From Guillardia theta CCMP2712 (Eukaryota > Protista > Cryptophyta): a stretch of DNA of 45,052 bases. The stretch lies in NCBI RefSeq assembly GCF_000315625.1, contig NW_005434623.1, forward strand, positions 336,458-381,509, in the 5' to 3' direction. The notes under the pieces were generated by a model. The model ran no database searches and was not told the DNA's origin. It worked only from the letters and a program-made list of their open reading frames with translations. The position numbers were made by a program, and so were the translations under genes. Below, piece by piece: positions 11,844 to 23,894 of this stretch (positions are counted from its first letter, which is position 1; every line of letters starts with the position of its first letter).

Positions 11844-13400
11844 CTCAGTAAGTTCAGCCGAGGTTGAGCCTGGCAAAGAAGGAATAGTTCAGTGAAGGTA
11901 CAGGAGACGGGAAACCAACTAGACAGGCTTACCTGCCGCTGGAGGGTCTGCCCGATGAAGCGGCTCGTTTGCTCTCAGCATGGAGATGGATGCGTTTCAT
12001 GGCCTGCGGTCGCTGGAGTGAGCAGTAGGAGAGGAGGCAGTAGGATCTGAAAACCTCGCGAAAATCCGATGGAGAGATGGATGTGATTTGTGAAGAAACA
12101 GGCGAGTCTGTCCATACAGTCATATCGAAGAAAATACAAAGGTCGCACCACATCATCTCTGCATCACGGTCAAAACTAAACAGATCCGCTTCATGCCCTT
12201 CCCAATCACTAAAACCAGCACTAGCGGGACTAGCGGGACTAGCGGGACTAGCGACAGTAGCAGTAACACCATCGTCGTGCTTGTCATCGTCTTCATCAAA
12301 ATGCTTATCAAGTTTATCAGAATACCTTCATAGTCTCTTGTTCGCTTTCCATGCAGCCAGTTTCTCTCCACCTGATATCTCAGCATCACGAGAAATCATC
12401 AATGTCTCTTATCTTCTTCTCTTGTTTGAAAAGAAATCATCATCTCGCCTAAACGATCTCGTCTGCGGATTCACCTCAAGTCGAACATTGTTGGAGACGG
12501 TTGCCGATCCCTCCCAGTGATGTTTGACACTCTTAACCACTTTCGGGCTTCTGTGAGAGATATCAAATTGCAGCATTATAGCATGCAGAGCAAAGATGAC
12601 CTTGTCGCTGCTACCACCATCCAATGGATTCCAAACACACCAACCTTGCAGGAAACGACCAAATGAGAAGCATGGAGAGATGAAACGGGGTCAGTATCAC
12701 CACAACAAGCGCTCCTATCAGAATCCCTTGCAAGACGATTGTGCTTCCTTTCAGGTTGCTTGCATGAGACCTGAAAGACCTATAATGAGCTGATGGCCTT
12801 GAACCACCACCACCTCCTCCTCCTCCTCCTCCTACTCCTCCTACTCGCTCTCGTCCTCCTCCTCGTCCTCGTCCTCCTCCTCGTCCTCCTCGTCCTCCTC
12901 TTGGGATAAGCCATTTCCAGCTCACAGCCATCGTCCTCGCTTACCTCAGTGCATCATCAAACGTATCCCCGCCTTGCAAACTTCCCAGTTCCACTCCTGT
13001 GATCTTGATGTATGTGTCATACCTCCTCCTCAACAGCGACTTTACAGACAATGATGTACCTCACTGACGCCTGAGCATGACGCTACTGCATCATCGTCTC
13101 GGCTATTGTATGGCATCCATGCAATCAAAACGCTGCTGATCCGCTGCAATACAATGAGTGCAGTGAGCAACAAGATGCAAATGCCGCATGCTCGAGAATG
13201 TCTCATAAGTGAAGCTGAGTTGATTAACCTGAGGTGAATCGAAATACTCTTGTACAGCAGAAGGAATCACATGGCCTCACGAACAGGACATGTTTCTAAC
13301 ACCAAACATTCGACACTCATTCTGTTAGCACACCATGATCCCATGTTCTCTGACATGCAGGATCTTACTCTTCCTCTTCCTCCTCGTCTCCTGCCATCAT
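11844..13400 (-). CDS. Hypothetical multi-exon protein
   Basis: ATG-ATG-GCA-GGA-GAC-GAG (MMAGDEEEEE) followed by gtaag, then a chain of about 50-nt GT-AG introns and open exons. No family recognised; both ends uncertain. Confidence 0.5.
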
Positions 13401-13604
13401 AGTCTACCCTTTTTCACCCCTAGCTATTCTGGTGATGCCAGCATGCTAAAAACAGACCGAACAACGTAGGTAATTTTACTGTCTTTTGTTTTCTGCTAAC
13501 ATTTCAACTGAGGCAGACTTTTCCCTTGCTCGTTTCTCACTCTCCCCATCTTTCCTCCTCCCTCCTCTCCACCAGCCTCCCTCCCCAACGCTCCGGCTCA
13601 CGTC

Positions 13605-15521
13605 ATGCACAGCATCCGACGCGTGACGCCGGCCAGCATGAACACCCTCCTCCTCTGCTCCAGCGCCTTCTGCTACTCCGCCATCCCGAGGAGCATTGGG
13701 CTCAGATCTCTTGTTCTGCCAAGCATCTCCTTGCTGAGGAAGAGGCACAAATGCGCCCGTTTCCTGTCAAGGGGGGCGTCTTTACCGCAGGGAGGGAGTA
13801 AGATCTCCCCTCTGGGTCGCAAGGTGATGCAGACGCTGGAGGGTCGCTGCGGCATGCAGCTCCCTGCGTCGCTCGTGGTGGGAGTGAGTGGGGGGTCGGA
13901 CTCGACGGCGCTCATGCTGCTGCTGGATGAGGTGAGGCAGGAGCATGAGGGGGGCGAGGAGGGGCAGCTGTCGATCAACGTGGTCCACTTTGATCATGGC
14001 CTGCGGGCAGAGTCCAAGGAGGAGGCGAAGTTTGTTGAAGGGCTGGCGAGGGACAGGGGGATGCCGTTCTACATGCAAGCGCTTGACGAGGCCGATGCGG
14101 CAAGGTTCAGAGAGAACTCTGGTGGGATGCAGGAGTACACGAGGATTTGGAGGAGGAAGGTGATGGGGGAAGTGGCTGCGAAGATCAAGGAGCAGAGCCG
14201 TCCTGACACCAAAGTCTATCTCGTCTCTGCGCACCATTCCGACGACCAGCTGGAAACTATTCTGATGAAGCTGCTGAGAGGAGCTCACATTAGCAAGCTT
14301 CATGGGATGAAGTACAAGGACGATCTTGACCCTCCCATGCTCCGGCCGCTGCTCGACATCTCCAAGCAGGAGCTGGTTCGGTACCTCAAGGACTTGCAGC
14401 AGGACTGGAGGGAGGATTCGTCGAATCACGAGTCCACGTACAAGAGGAACAAGGTCAGGATACAACTGATTCCCCTCCTGCAGGATCTCTGTGGAGGGAA
14501 GCACGCGCTAGCTTCTCGAATGAACGGGCTGAGCCATCAGAGCATGCAGCTGCAGCAGTGGATGGAGGAAGTAACTCCTGCTATCAAGTTCGGGCGCAGG
14601 TTTGACAAGCGCACCCTCCCCCTCGATTTCTTCTACGCGGAGAGCAGGGAGCTCCTTCGCAACTCGGTCATCCACCAGTTCATTAGCTCCGAGGCCTCAG
14701 ACCTCATCCTGAGCTACACCCAGCTCCTCAAGATCGCCCAGCAGCTCGAGGAGCATCCTAACAATCTCAATTGGTCTTTGGACTTGGGCAAGGGATGGCA
14801 GGTTCTGCGGTCGGGGCCCTTGCTCATGGTGGATAGGGAGGAAGGAGAGTTGCCGAACGGGAGCGTTGACATACTGGGCGACGTGAACGTCGGCGTCGAG
14901 GTCGACGGCCCGTGGAGCGTCATGGTGACAGCAGGGCAGAAGCCTCCTCCTCCTGTGGAGGGAAAGCGGAGAGTGCTGCCAGAGGATGTGTGCTTTACGA
15001 TCCATAACGTCCCTGCTGGGTCCCAAATGATAGTGAGGACGAAGTTGGCAGGCGACAGGTAGGAGCATGAGGCGGGAGGCGAAGTCGGGAGGGAGTTTGG
15101 GTGGGTGGGTGTGGAGGGGGGGGGGGCTTTACAGATTAAGGATAGGAGGATAAAGTGGTGGATAGTAAGGAGCATTTTTCAGAAAGAGACGAAGAGAAGG
15201 AAAAGGGTCAACTTTCTCTCCCTGACTAGTTCCCTCAGGTTTTTCCCCAAGGGGGTGGGAAAGGACGAGAGGCTCAAGCACTTCCTGAGGTTCCAGCGAA
15301 TCCCCGTGAAAGAACGCGATGAGATTCCCCTTATATGTTTCAAGTCACTCCCTTCCTCCTCCTCCTCCTCCTCCTCCTCCTCCTCCTCCTCCTCCTCCTC
15401 CCCAACTTCAGCAGAATCTGATCAGAAAGCAACGGTCATCGCTGTTCCTCCCAGGCATGTTGCCAAACCTCATGCGGTCCCCAAGGGCAAGGGGTTGACC
15501 ATCTCCTTCCGGATCATGTGA
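13605..15521 (+). CDS. tilS: tRNA(Ile)-lysidine synthase, nucleus-encoded with organellar presequence; intron 15059-15238
   Basis: PP-loop VGVSGGSDSTAL, HFDHGLR, AHHSDDQLETILMKLLRG, RPLL, WREDSSN..YKRNKVR; the second exon encodes the TilS C-terminal domain (GDRF..LKHFLRFQRIPVKERDEIPLI). Confidence 0.92.
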
Positions 15522-15779
15522 GGGCGAGAGCTGGGGATGGGGTGAAGAGACGATAGCGAGGCAGGCGTTAAGAGCAATTGAAGGGAGCAGCACTAGGGAA
15601 GGGAAAGGAAGGGACAAGGGGCAGCAGATTGAGCTAGTGCGGTACAGTTCAACGGCAGCAGCACTAATGGCGGCAGCAGCTGGAGCGGAAGGAAGAGACA
15701 GAGAAAGGTTCGGAGCGAGAGAGGGGGGACGTTTTTTGAGGATGTTCATTACAAGTATCGAAAGCCTTGAGTAGCTGCA

Positions 15780-16896
15780 CTAGCGTCGATGCTCAAAGTT
15801 GGGCTGTTTGTTGAGACTGTCGATCATCCAGTTCATCCCGTCCATGACGGTCTCCTCCGAGCCGGAGCAAGCCTGGAATGCCGAAACAGAGATAATGCGG
15901 AGCTGGAGGAAACAGATACGAGACAGGATCAGCGAGGCTTGCGAGGAACAAGGGAGGAGAGCTGTGGAAGATAAATGGTATCTACAGGTAGGGACGAGGA
16001 GGAGGACAAGAAGGTATAAGAAAGGGGAAGCGGGGAAGGTGAAAGGGGGCGAGAGCGATGGTTGGAGAGGCCTGGAGGCGGATGGAAGAGCGGGAACCAT
16101 CGCCTGCAGCCGTTGGGAGGAAGGGAAAGAGAGCTGGGGAAGGAAGGAGGAAGAGACAGTCTCTCAAGATAGGATGCTGAGTAGGATGATAGCACAAAGG
16201 AGAGAGGACCTGGCGCTGGTGCATGAGAGTCCCTGACTGAGGAAGCGCTTTCTGGCGGATTTCATCAAGCTTGACAGCGCCTTGCTGCTCAAAGAGGTGA
16301 GAAGGACAAGAGAAGAAGGAGTTTCAGCAGGGAAGGACGGGAAGGAGTAGAGAAGCAAGAGGGTACGGACGAGAGGGAGAGAGGAGAAGCAGGAGGAGGT
16401 CAGGGCCAGGAAAAAGAAAAGATTTTAAGTGCCTTGTCCTGCTTGTTCACGAAGATGAGGAGGGGTACGTCCTGTAACTCAGGCTCTTCCAGCAGACCCT
16501 CCAATGTCTGCAGCGCCTGCGCAGATTCAGCAGCTTTCCTTCTCCTCCCATCCTTCACCTCCTCGAATCTGGAGGGGTCTGAGGCATCGACGACCCACAC
16601 GAGACCATGAGCGTCTTCAGGCAAATCATGAGAGGACAGGTAGCAGGTAGCAAGAATTGGAGCAGGGAGCAGGAGGGAGGTTCTCTCCTACCAGAATAGT
16701 ACTTGTCCCAAATGCCCCGCAGGGCCTCTTGTCCTCCGAGATCCCAAATCTGCGAGGTTACTGAGCGACGCTGGAGAGAAGAAACTGAAAACGAGGACGA
16801 GGTGAAAGATGATGATGGGTGAGATAATTATGAACACTACGATAATGATGATGGTGATGGTGGTGGTGATGACGATGACGATGACGATGACGATGG

Positions 16897-16942
<46 letters not shown>

Positions 16943-17570
16943 ATTGCGATTGCATCAACGATGACGACGATGAAAGCAAGGAATGTGGAAGGAACATCAT
17001 CAATCGATGGACGAGGGAGAATGAGGAGGAGGAAAGAACAAGGAAAGAACAAGGAAAGAACAAGGAAAGAACAAGGAAAGAACAAGGAAAGAACAAGGAA
17101 AGAACAAGGAAAGAACAAGGAAAGAACAAGGAAAGAACAAGGAAAGAACAAGAACGACAAATAAACAATGAAGCCAAGAAACTTCATACCATCACATTGG
17201 CACTCTTCAGAGTGATCCTTCCTATATTCAGCCCGACCTGACCAGCATGTCATAAAGCCAGCAAAGGAATGTGGTCCAGCCTTACCGTGGAGGAAATCTT
17301 CTGCAGACTTAGCTGCAGCTCCTGCTCTGTTCGCTTCTCGCTGCTGCCTGCTCGTGCGCAAATCATTCCTCCATCATGGTCGACAGCGCCTCCTACTTGT
17401 CTTGGAGGCCTCGAAGCGAATGCGTTCTAGCAGAGAGGTCTTTCCCGACCCATCAAGACCTGAAGGCTTGTTACAAGGGGGTTGACGAGCTGGACTATAC
17501 CGAGCAGGAGCAGGTGGTACTGTTTCTTTTCCAAGTAAGATTGGCAAAGGCCACTTATCAAGGAAAACAT
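15780..17570 (-). CDS. ARFRP1: ARF-related protein 1 small GTPase, multi-exon
   Basis: Spliced reading: MFSLISGLCQSYLEKKQYHLLLLGLDGSGKT, STVGLNIG, IWDLGGQEALRGIWDKYY, WVVDASD, NKQD, SAF. The aromatic residue at position 2 in place of the myristoylated Gly is characteristic of ARFRP1. Confidence 0.88.
16845..17155 (+). repeat. Intronic (GATGAC)n and 11-bp (AAGAACAAGGA)n tandem repeats
   Basis: Directly visible within an ARFRP1 intron. Confidence 0.9.
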
Positions 17571-18180
17571 CCAAATGGTCACGGTTCCGAGTACAACATG
17601 CTCCTCTACAGCGCTGCGTCCAGCATGGTCAGAGCTTCTGCCAGCATGTCGCATGTATCTCTGTTGGAGGATTGAGAAAGTACCTAAACCCTCTCCCCCC
17701 TTCCCCCTCCCCCCTCCCCCCTTCCTTCCTCTCTCCTGCCTTCCACAACCCGCACCCTCCTATCTCCTCTCATCCCCTGCGACCCTTCCCTTCTCTCACT
17801 CCCGTCCTCCCTCCCTCTGTCCTCCCTCCCTCTCCTCTCCTTCATCCACCTCCTTCCATCACGACATCGAGTCGTCGAGGCGAGCTCGCCAGGCAATTCC
17901 AGCGAAGTTTTATGGGGATTCCGAGCAGATGAGAGGAGATAGCGACGAGGATCGAAGTGGAGAGGAGAGGAGAAGATCGAGGATCCCGATGCCCTCGTTG
18001 TTGTATCCCTTGCTCGTCGAGATCCTGGTTCCATGTCTCGGACTGCAGAGGTAGCGAGGATGGAGTGTTAGAGGAGCGGGAGCAGTTCGGAGGCGACAGG
18101 GGGTAGGCGGAGGGGCGAAGCGGGTCACGACGACTATTCGATCACGGCATCGTGTGACTCTGCTGTCCTCAGGGCTGCCA

Positions 18181-19577
18181 ATGATGGTGCGAAGCGTTTC
18201 CTGCTGGTTGCTCATCCTACTGGTAGCCAGGAATGCGGTATCCTTGCATCCCGACGTGTTTCTCGGCAGCGCGAGGCCCGGCGGGGCATGCAGGGCCTCC
18301 ACGAGCGTGATGGGGCTAAGAGGAGGAGGAGAGCATGGGGGCCGAAAGGAGGAGCTGACGGAGAGGGAGCTGTATGGTGGTGCCATCAGAATGAAGCTAC
18401 CTGCTACCTTCGACGACATCAGCCGATTCCGTCACGTACCGGACTTCCAGGAGGTCCCCTCCCACTCCTTATCCTCATCCTCCTAGCTGCTCGCTCCCCT
18501 CCTTGCCAGAGGATTCAGTGTGCTCTGAATGCGTATGATGAGGAGGAGAGGAGAATCTTGAGAGGCTGTACACTTGTAGTCCTCGCGTTCCCAATCGCAT
18601 GCGGAGTAACGTCCCTTCATCACCTCTACACGAGTTTGTTGCTTCTGCTTACCTCCTCTCGCATGTCCCACACTCCATATCACATCAGCCTCTCCCGTTC
18701 TGCTCTGTGTTTGACATCCTGCAAACTCAGGTATGGGTGGACAGAAACGCAGAAAGGAGCGTGATTGTAGAACTACTGGAGTATGACGAAGCAACAGATA
18801 ATAGCGAAATTGCAGGTGATTTATGTCGATTCTGGCATGCTCTTGCAAACAGCCATCCCAACCTCCAAATCATCTACCCACCTTTGAAACCTCAAAAACC
18901 TTCTTGAAACTGTATCCTTGAAACCTTGCCCATCCTGCAGCAAAACTGTTCCGCGAGCTTGCAGAAGCAGACAACGCCACTGACGTCCGCATCATTGCAA
19001 CTCGCAATCTGAAGCATCAAGAGGTGCAGAGTAGACTGAGATTGTCCACTACTTGCCACTCACTTATGAACAAGCTCCCTCTCCTATCCAGCGACCTGCG
19101 CTGTCCTCCTTCCTGGGTCACCTACTGGGTTTTGTGCCGCACTGTTGCTCCTTCAGCAGATGATTAGCTGTTGCAGTTGTTAGCTGGAACGCAGAGCATC
19201 GCCAAGTTCAAGTGACGAGAAATTTGTCCATGTGACGGAACTGACGATGTTTGACAGTAATGCAGGACGAGACCATATCATGACATGCGTGTTTGTAGCC
19301 CGTCTGCCAAATATGCAGGTTGTCGTTCTCCTGGCCCGCATGCAAGAAGCTAGTGACTCATATTGCAGACCGACCTTTCCATCATTTTACACATCACAAC
19401 CAAAGATCCTCCTGGAACCAAAAGTTTGGACGAGGCATCTTTCACAAGTTGTCTTGCCCTGGCAGCTAACAGCTTCACCAGACGATCAGCGAGCACGAGC
19501 ACAACATGCGATTGATGGAAGACATGGTCAGAGATCTGAGAGTGACCAACTGGGACTTGTTTGGTGAGCAGGACTAG
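18181..19577 (+). CDS. MOG1: Mog1 (Ran guanine-nucleotide release factor) with an N-terminal bipartite presequence
   Basis: RELYGGAIRMKLPATFDDISRFRHVPDFQE|VWVDRNAERSVIVELLEY, FRELAEADNA, GTQSIAKF, RLPNMQ|TDLSI, and LRVTNWDLFG match Mog1 motifs from end to end. Confidence 0.85.
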
Positions 19578-19582
19578 ATCGA

Positions 19583-19863
19583 CTACTTCCCTCCCTCGAG
19601 CTTGTCTTCCGACTTGCGGAAGCTGGGGTGAAGCCGAGGGGGCCATGGTCAGCATGTGGCGTCGCTGAAAGAACGCTGAAGGAGCAGAGATGACAAGAAC
19701 AGAGCAAGTTCCCTGCAGAGGAAGTTGCACAGGCTGCAGGGAACTTGTACAGCATACAAAGGGGGAGGACAGCGTTTTGGGGGAGAAGGGGGGGGGGAGT
19801 TGTACAGCATTCAAGGAAAGCAGAAAAGTTGCAACACGAGCCAGGTTCATAGCAATCGCACAT
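19583..19863 (-). CDS. Possible small cysteine-rich protein (PLAC8-like N-terminus)
   Basis: MCDCYEPGSCCNFSAFLEC, an intron, FPCSLCNFLCRE..., and a final exon FRKSEDKLEGGK*. Splicing is inferred. Confidence 0.35.
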
Positions 19864-19904
19864 GGAAGCAGCAAGAACTGGTTTCGCAGGAAAATCACTT
19901 GTCT

Positions 19905-20868
19905 TTATTTCTCAGGACGGGAACCCCGTTGATAACATCGTAGCTGAGGAATGAAAGTCGTCAGATGAAATATCGTAGAGTAGGGATTCGAGAAGAATTT
20001 TGTGTTGAGCGTTTCGGTGGTGGTCGGGGGAGAGGTGGAGTGCTTTTTGAGTGATACACGAGGGGATAGCAGAAGGAGAGGGAGAGAGAGGAGTATATGG
20101 GGAGGAGGAGGAGGAACATGTTTCACCTTCTTCCTGGCAGAAGGAATCTGAAGATGTTGCCATCTACTAGTCTGAGCACGCGCCTGCACGGAGATCAGGA
20201 TCAACGAGGAGGAGGGTGCGTCCGGAGAGGAGCACCTTGCTCGTCGACCAACGCTAGAAGGATTGATAAGGGTCTCGCGCGCAAACCTGATGTATGCGCA
20301 CCTGCACACTGTAAGGCAATGATACATGGAAACTTAGATCATACCTGTTGTACGTCTCAGCGTATTGGAGGGTCACACCGAGGAAGAAGATGGCGCAGCC
20401 AACTTTGAAGAGGGGAGAAGAAATCTGCAGATTCAACGTGTAACCATCTTGACATGCTGCACATAAAGTAAGATCCACCGCGACGGCCTCGTGGTTGGAC
20501 CCATAGTATATGGCGGCCGACGTAGTGATGATGACAGATCCCAGAATGAAGGAGTTCCTTTGAAGCTTCTGCAGCTCCTCCTCCCTCTTCTTCGATGCAC
20601 TGGATGTAGGAGAGGTGCATTGAGCCTCCTCGATTGACTCCAGAGGGGCGACCTGCAGTGCAGTCCGGTAGCTAGCGGGTTTGTGGGTCAAAGACCCAGC
20701 TTTCACTGAGAATGGGGAGGGAGATAACAGAGCGGTGGAGAAGGAGGAGGAGGAGGAGATACTGGCAGGATGATAGGCAAGAAGGGAGGAGGATGGGGAG
20801 GTCAGGAAGCAAGAGACTTCGGTCCCTCCCATCGCCAGCATCGCCATAAAAACAGCCCAGCGCTGCAT
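19905..20868 (-). CDS. Hypothetical plastid-targeted membrane protein, multi-exon
   Basis: Signal peptide MQRWAVFMAMLAMGGTEVSC followed by Phe at +1 and a Ser-rich transit peptide; two hydrophobic segments (FILGSVIITTSAAIYY, VGCAIFFLGVTL). Confidence 0.65.
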
Positions 20869-20874
20869 TTTCAC

Positions 20875-21065
20875 GCTACTACCCTTCTGTCCTCACTACC
20901 CTTCTTATTATTAATTCACCGGTGCTTTTACCACATTATAAATATCAAAGTACCGGTCATTTTGAAAGCATTTACACTCTCCACCCTACCTTTCTACCCA
21001 CCCTACCCTGAAAGAGAAAACTCGAACCAACCGGAGCGCCCCGGGGCCCCGGGCCATGGTGGCAC
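20875..21065 (-). promoter_or_regulatory. Compact bipartite intergenic element
   Basis: ctacccttc twice and ccaccctacc twice, followed by the palindromic cccggggccccggg and ccatgg. Confidence 0.5.
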
Positions 21066-21098
21066 CGATTTGGAACTTCCGAACCTGTCAAAGTAGTC

Positions 21099-23893
21099 AT
21101 GCCGACCGTGACAGACTCTCGGAGCTACTCAGTCCTAGCCCTAGCCAGTAGCGTGATGCTCAAGACTGGACTGAGACCTGCTTGCCTGACAGACCTGAGG
21201 ACAGATGACGATCGAAGGAGCAGGAGTTCCGTTGTTGTTGGGGTCAACCTTTAGTAAGGCAAATGATGTTAGAAGAGGCGAGATGATCTCGCAGGAGACA
21301 CTCGCCCATAATGATATCGTTTACGGTGATAGAGTGTGGTTGAGATGTGAAAAAATATGGCGGGCAAGAGGATGAGAACTGCGAGATCAATTCCCAATTC
21401 CGGTTTCAAGCCACTGCAAGCATACAGAAACACTCGGACATGCTGATACAATGCAGGCCACTCAAAAGGTCTCGCTGCCTTGCGAGTCAGCAGAAATGGA
21501 TCTAACAGCAGGTGTTCCTGTAAAGTTGTTACGTCGAAGCGATCTGACCTGACACATCCACCAAGAATCGTGCGGGATCGGCGTCCGCCTCAAGTACAAC
21601 GAGGATGGCGTCCTGGTCGTGCATAGCGTTCGCGAGGCTTGACTCTCCCTTGTGATACTGTAGGATGAGTTGCTTCACAGGATGGGCCTGCAGCGAAGGC
21701 GGGAGTACAGGCGGGGGACAAGTTGTTGAAAGTTCAAGAAAGAGATGCTAAGGTTCGTTGAGATCGTGTTCGGAAGGGACGATCAGCTGCTCATTCTTGA
21801 GAAAGACGATGGATTGCGAGCAAGTCACAAGCTTCATCTGTGGGCCGAGAGGGCAGAGTTTCAACATTCTCACTATGGTTGCGATGTGTCTGACGGTGGT
21901 CTCTCGCAGGACAAGCGTCAAGCTGGATGTTCTCAGGCAACATCAAGTCCTGACATTCCGAGTACGATCTCTGACCCCTTCTCCTTCTCGGATGTGCTCG
22001 TCTTCCTCGCCCATCGCTAACTTGAAGAGCTGCCAGCTTACCCGAGAATATATCGACATCTCAACCAACTCCTCTTCCCTCACTGGTTGACTCCTTTCGG
22101 TTTTCGCTGGCAGACTTGTCGTTGTTTACAGCAAGCAACAGGGCACGGGCATGTGGAGGCGAGTGCTGACGGTATTTCCACCGGTTAGAGCTCCAAGGTC
22201 CCAGTCCGTGGACGTGAATTCTTGTGTGCAGAGGAATATCTCCAATCCACCACGACCGTCGTAGAAAGCATGCGAAAGTGGGAACAAACACTCGTTCTGA
22301 GCTATTCAGAATTTCACTTTTCTCCAGAAAAATCCACGAGCTGAAAAGGGATCTTCAAGACACGAACATTGCCCTCCTGGAAAGTCAGGTGCTAAGGCCG
22401 TTTGCTTTCCGCCTACCTTGTGATGCAACGGGCAGGAACGAGAAAAGCTTCATATAGAAAAGCTTCAGCAGTCAAGAGTGAGAGCTATGCTGGCAAAACG
22501 CGGCATCTATCCCTTACCTGCTCCCTTCAGGCTCAGCATGATTGTGAAACGTTCGGGCTGAAGAACGCTGTAGAGGAGCTGGAGGTACATTTCTTGACAG
22601 CTCGTGGCCATGTACCTTGAGCATGGAAGGTGCCAGATGAGATTGAGAGAGTCTAAGATCAAGATAACTGCACTCGAGTCGCAGGTGCAAATGATGCAAC
22701 ACCTGATTGTACGTTTACCTGTGATCATCTTTGTTGTGGGTAGCTCTTCAAGGATTCTAAGGACCATGCTGTTGAAATCTACGAAAAAGACATTCAAATA
22801 GGAAACTTGCTTCGACAGAATGAAAGCCTTCAGTCAGGTTTTGAACTTGTCAACAGAGATTTCGTTTTTCAGAGCAAATTACAGAGCTGAAGTTTGAAAA
22901 GGAAAAAGCAAGACAAGCTGAAAGAGATTGCATCAAGGTCAGAAAACTGAAAGATTATCATATCATCGGTATCTGATGGTTTTGACCTCGACTCGTCTCA
23001 AATCAGAATGCCATTGCACTCAAAGAGGTAAGTCTAGCAGAGGTGTCTGTTCTCGGGGACTCAAGGTCGTCCAAGTACCGTCATTCTTCTTCGGGAGAGT
23101 TTGATGCTCGAAATGGCATGGGTGTGTGGAAAAAACGTCAAATCAGCAGCTGTCAATTCTAAAGCTGCATTTTGACAGAGCTGAGCAAACTGCGCAAGCA
23201 AGTTGAGTTTTTGACGTACTGCTCCATGTGATGGTCAGCATGTTATGTGTCCTCACCCTGTTCTACAGCTTGGAGCTCGAGAGGAGCAAGATGAGCTCAG
23301 GATCAAGTCCAAGTACATGTGTCTCGCTCTTTGCGATATATCTCATGAGCTCTGTCAGCTCATAACAACAACACTTCCCTTCTCCGCGCAACCCTCAGCC
23401 CTATTGAGAGTGCTGAAAAGGTCTTCAGTCCTTATCGCCGACCTGAACGCTTCTCAACGCGTTTGGCAGGACAAGTCGTCGATACAGTTGCCTCATCCTC
23501 ACGCGTTGGAGGCATCGCGGAGTAACACCTGAACGGTTGTGCTGACTTTTTGCTAACGTCACCGATAGGCTCTGCTGGCACACCAAGTTCCAAGTACCGC
23601 GCAGCTTCTTCTCTTCTCTTCCGCTCACTGTTTGTTGTTCTCACCGCAGATCAGATGAGGAAGTGGAACTGCAGAAGAAATCAGAGGCGCTTGAGAAGCA
23701 GAACTCCACACTAGCAAAACACATTGCCATTTGCGCATTGGTGATCTTCAAGTTGCCTCAAATTGTCCTTATGTGGTCCTGATGCAAGATGCTGCAGGAG
23801 CGTCGGCAACTTGAGATCGCGGTGGAAGAGCAGACGAAGCGAAAGTCTCCGCTTGGACTCCTTACAGAGGCTCTCAGCTCTTTTGGGATTTGA
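21099..23893 (+). CDS. PDZ-domain plus coiled-coil protein with many short introns; start uncertain
   Basis: CGIGVRLKYNEDGVLVVHS|DGPAAKAGVQAGDKLLKV is a PDZ signature; later exons are coiled-coil (KIHELKRDLQDTNIALLESQ); ends LTEALSSFGI*. Confidence 0.65.
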
Positions 23894-23894
23894 C

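Noticed and set aside
13605-15521. Bacterial contamination or recent HGT for tilS
   Set aside because: The gene has a spliceosomal intron, a presequence and host-like composition among eukaryotic genes.
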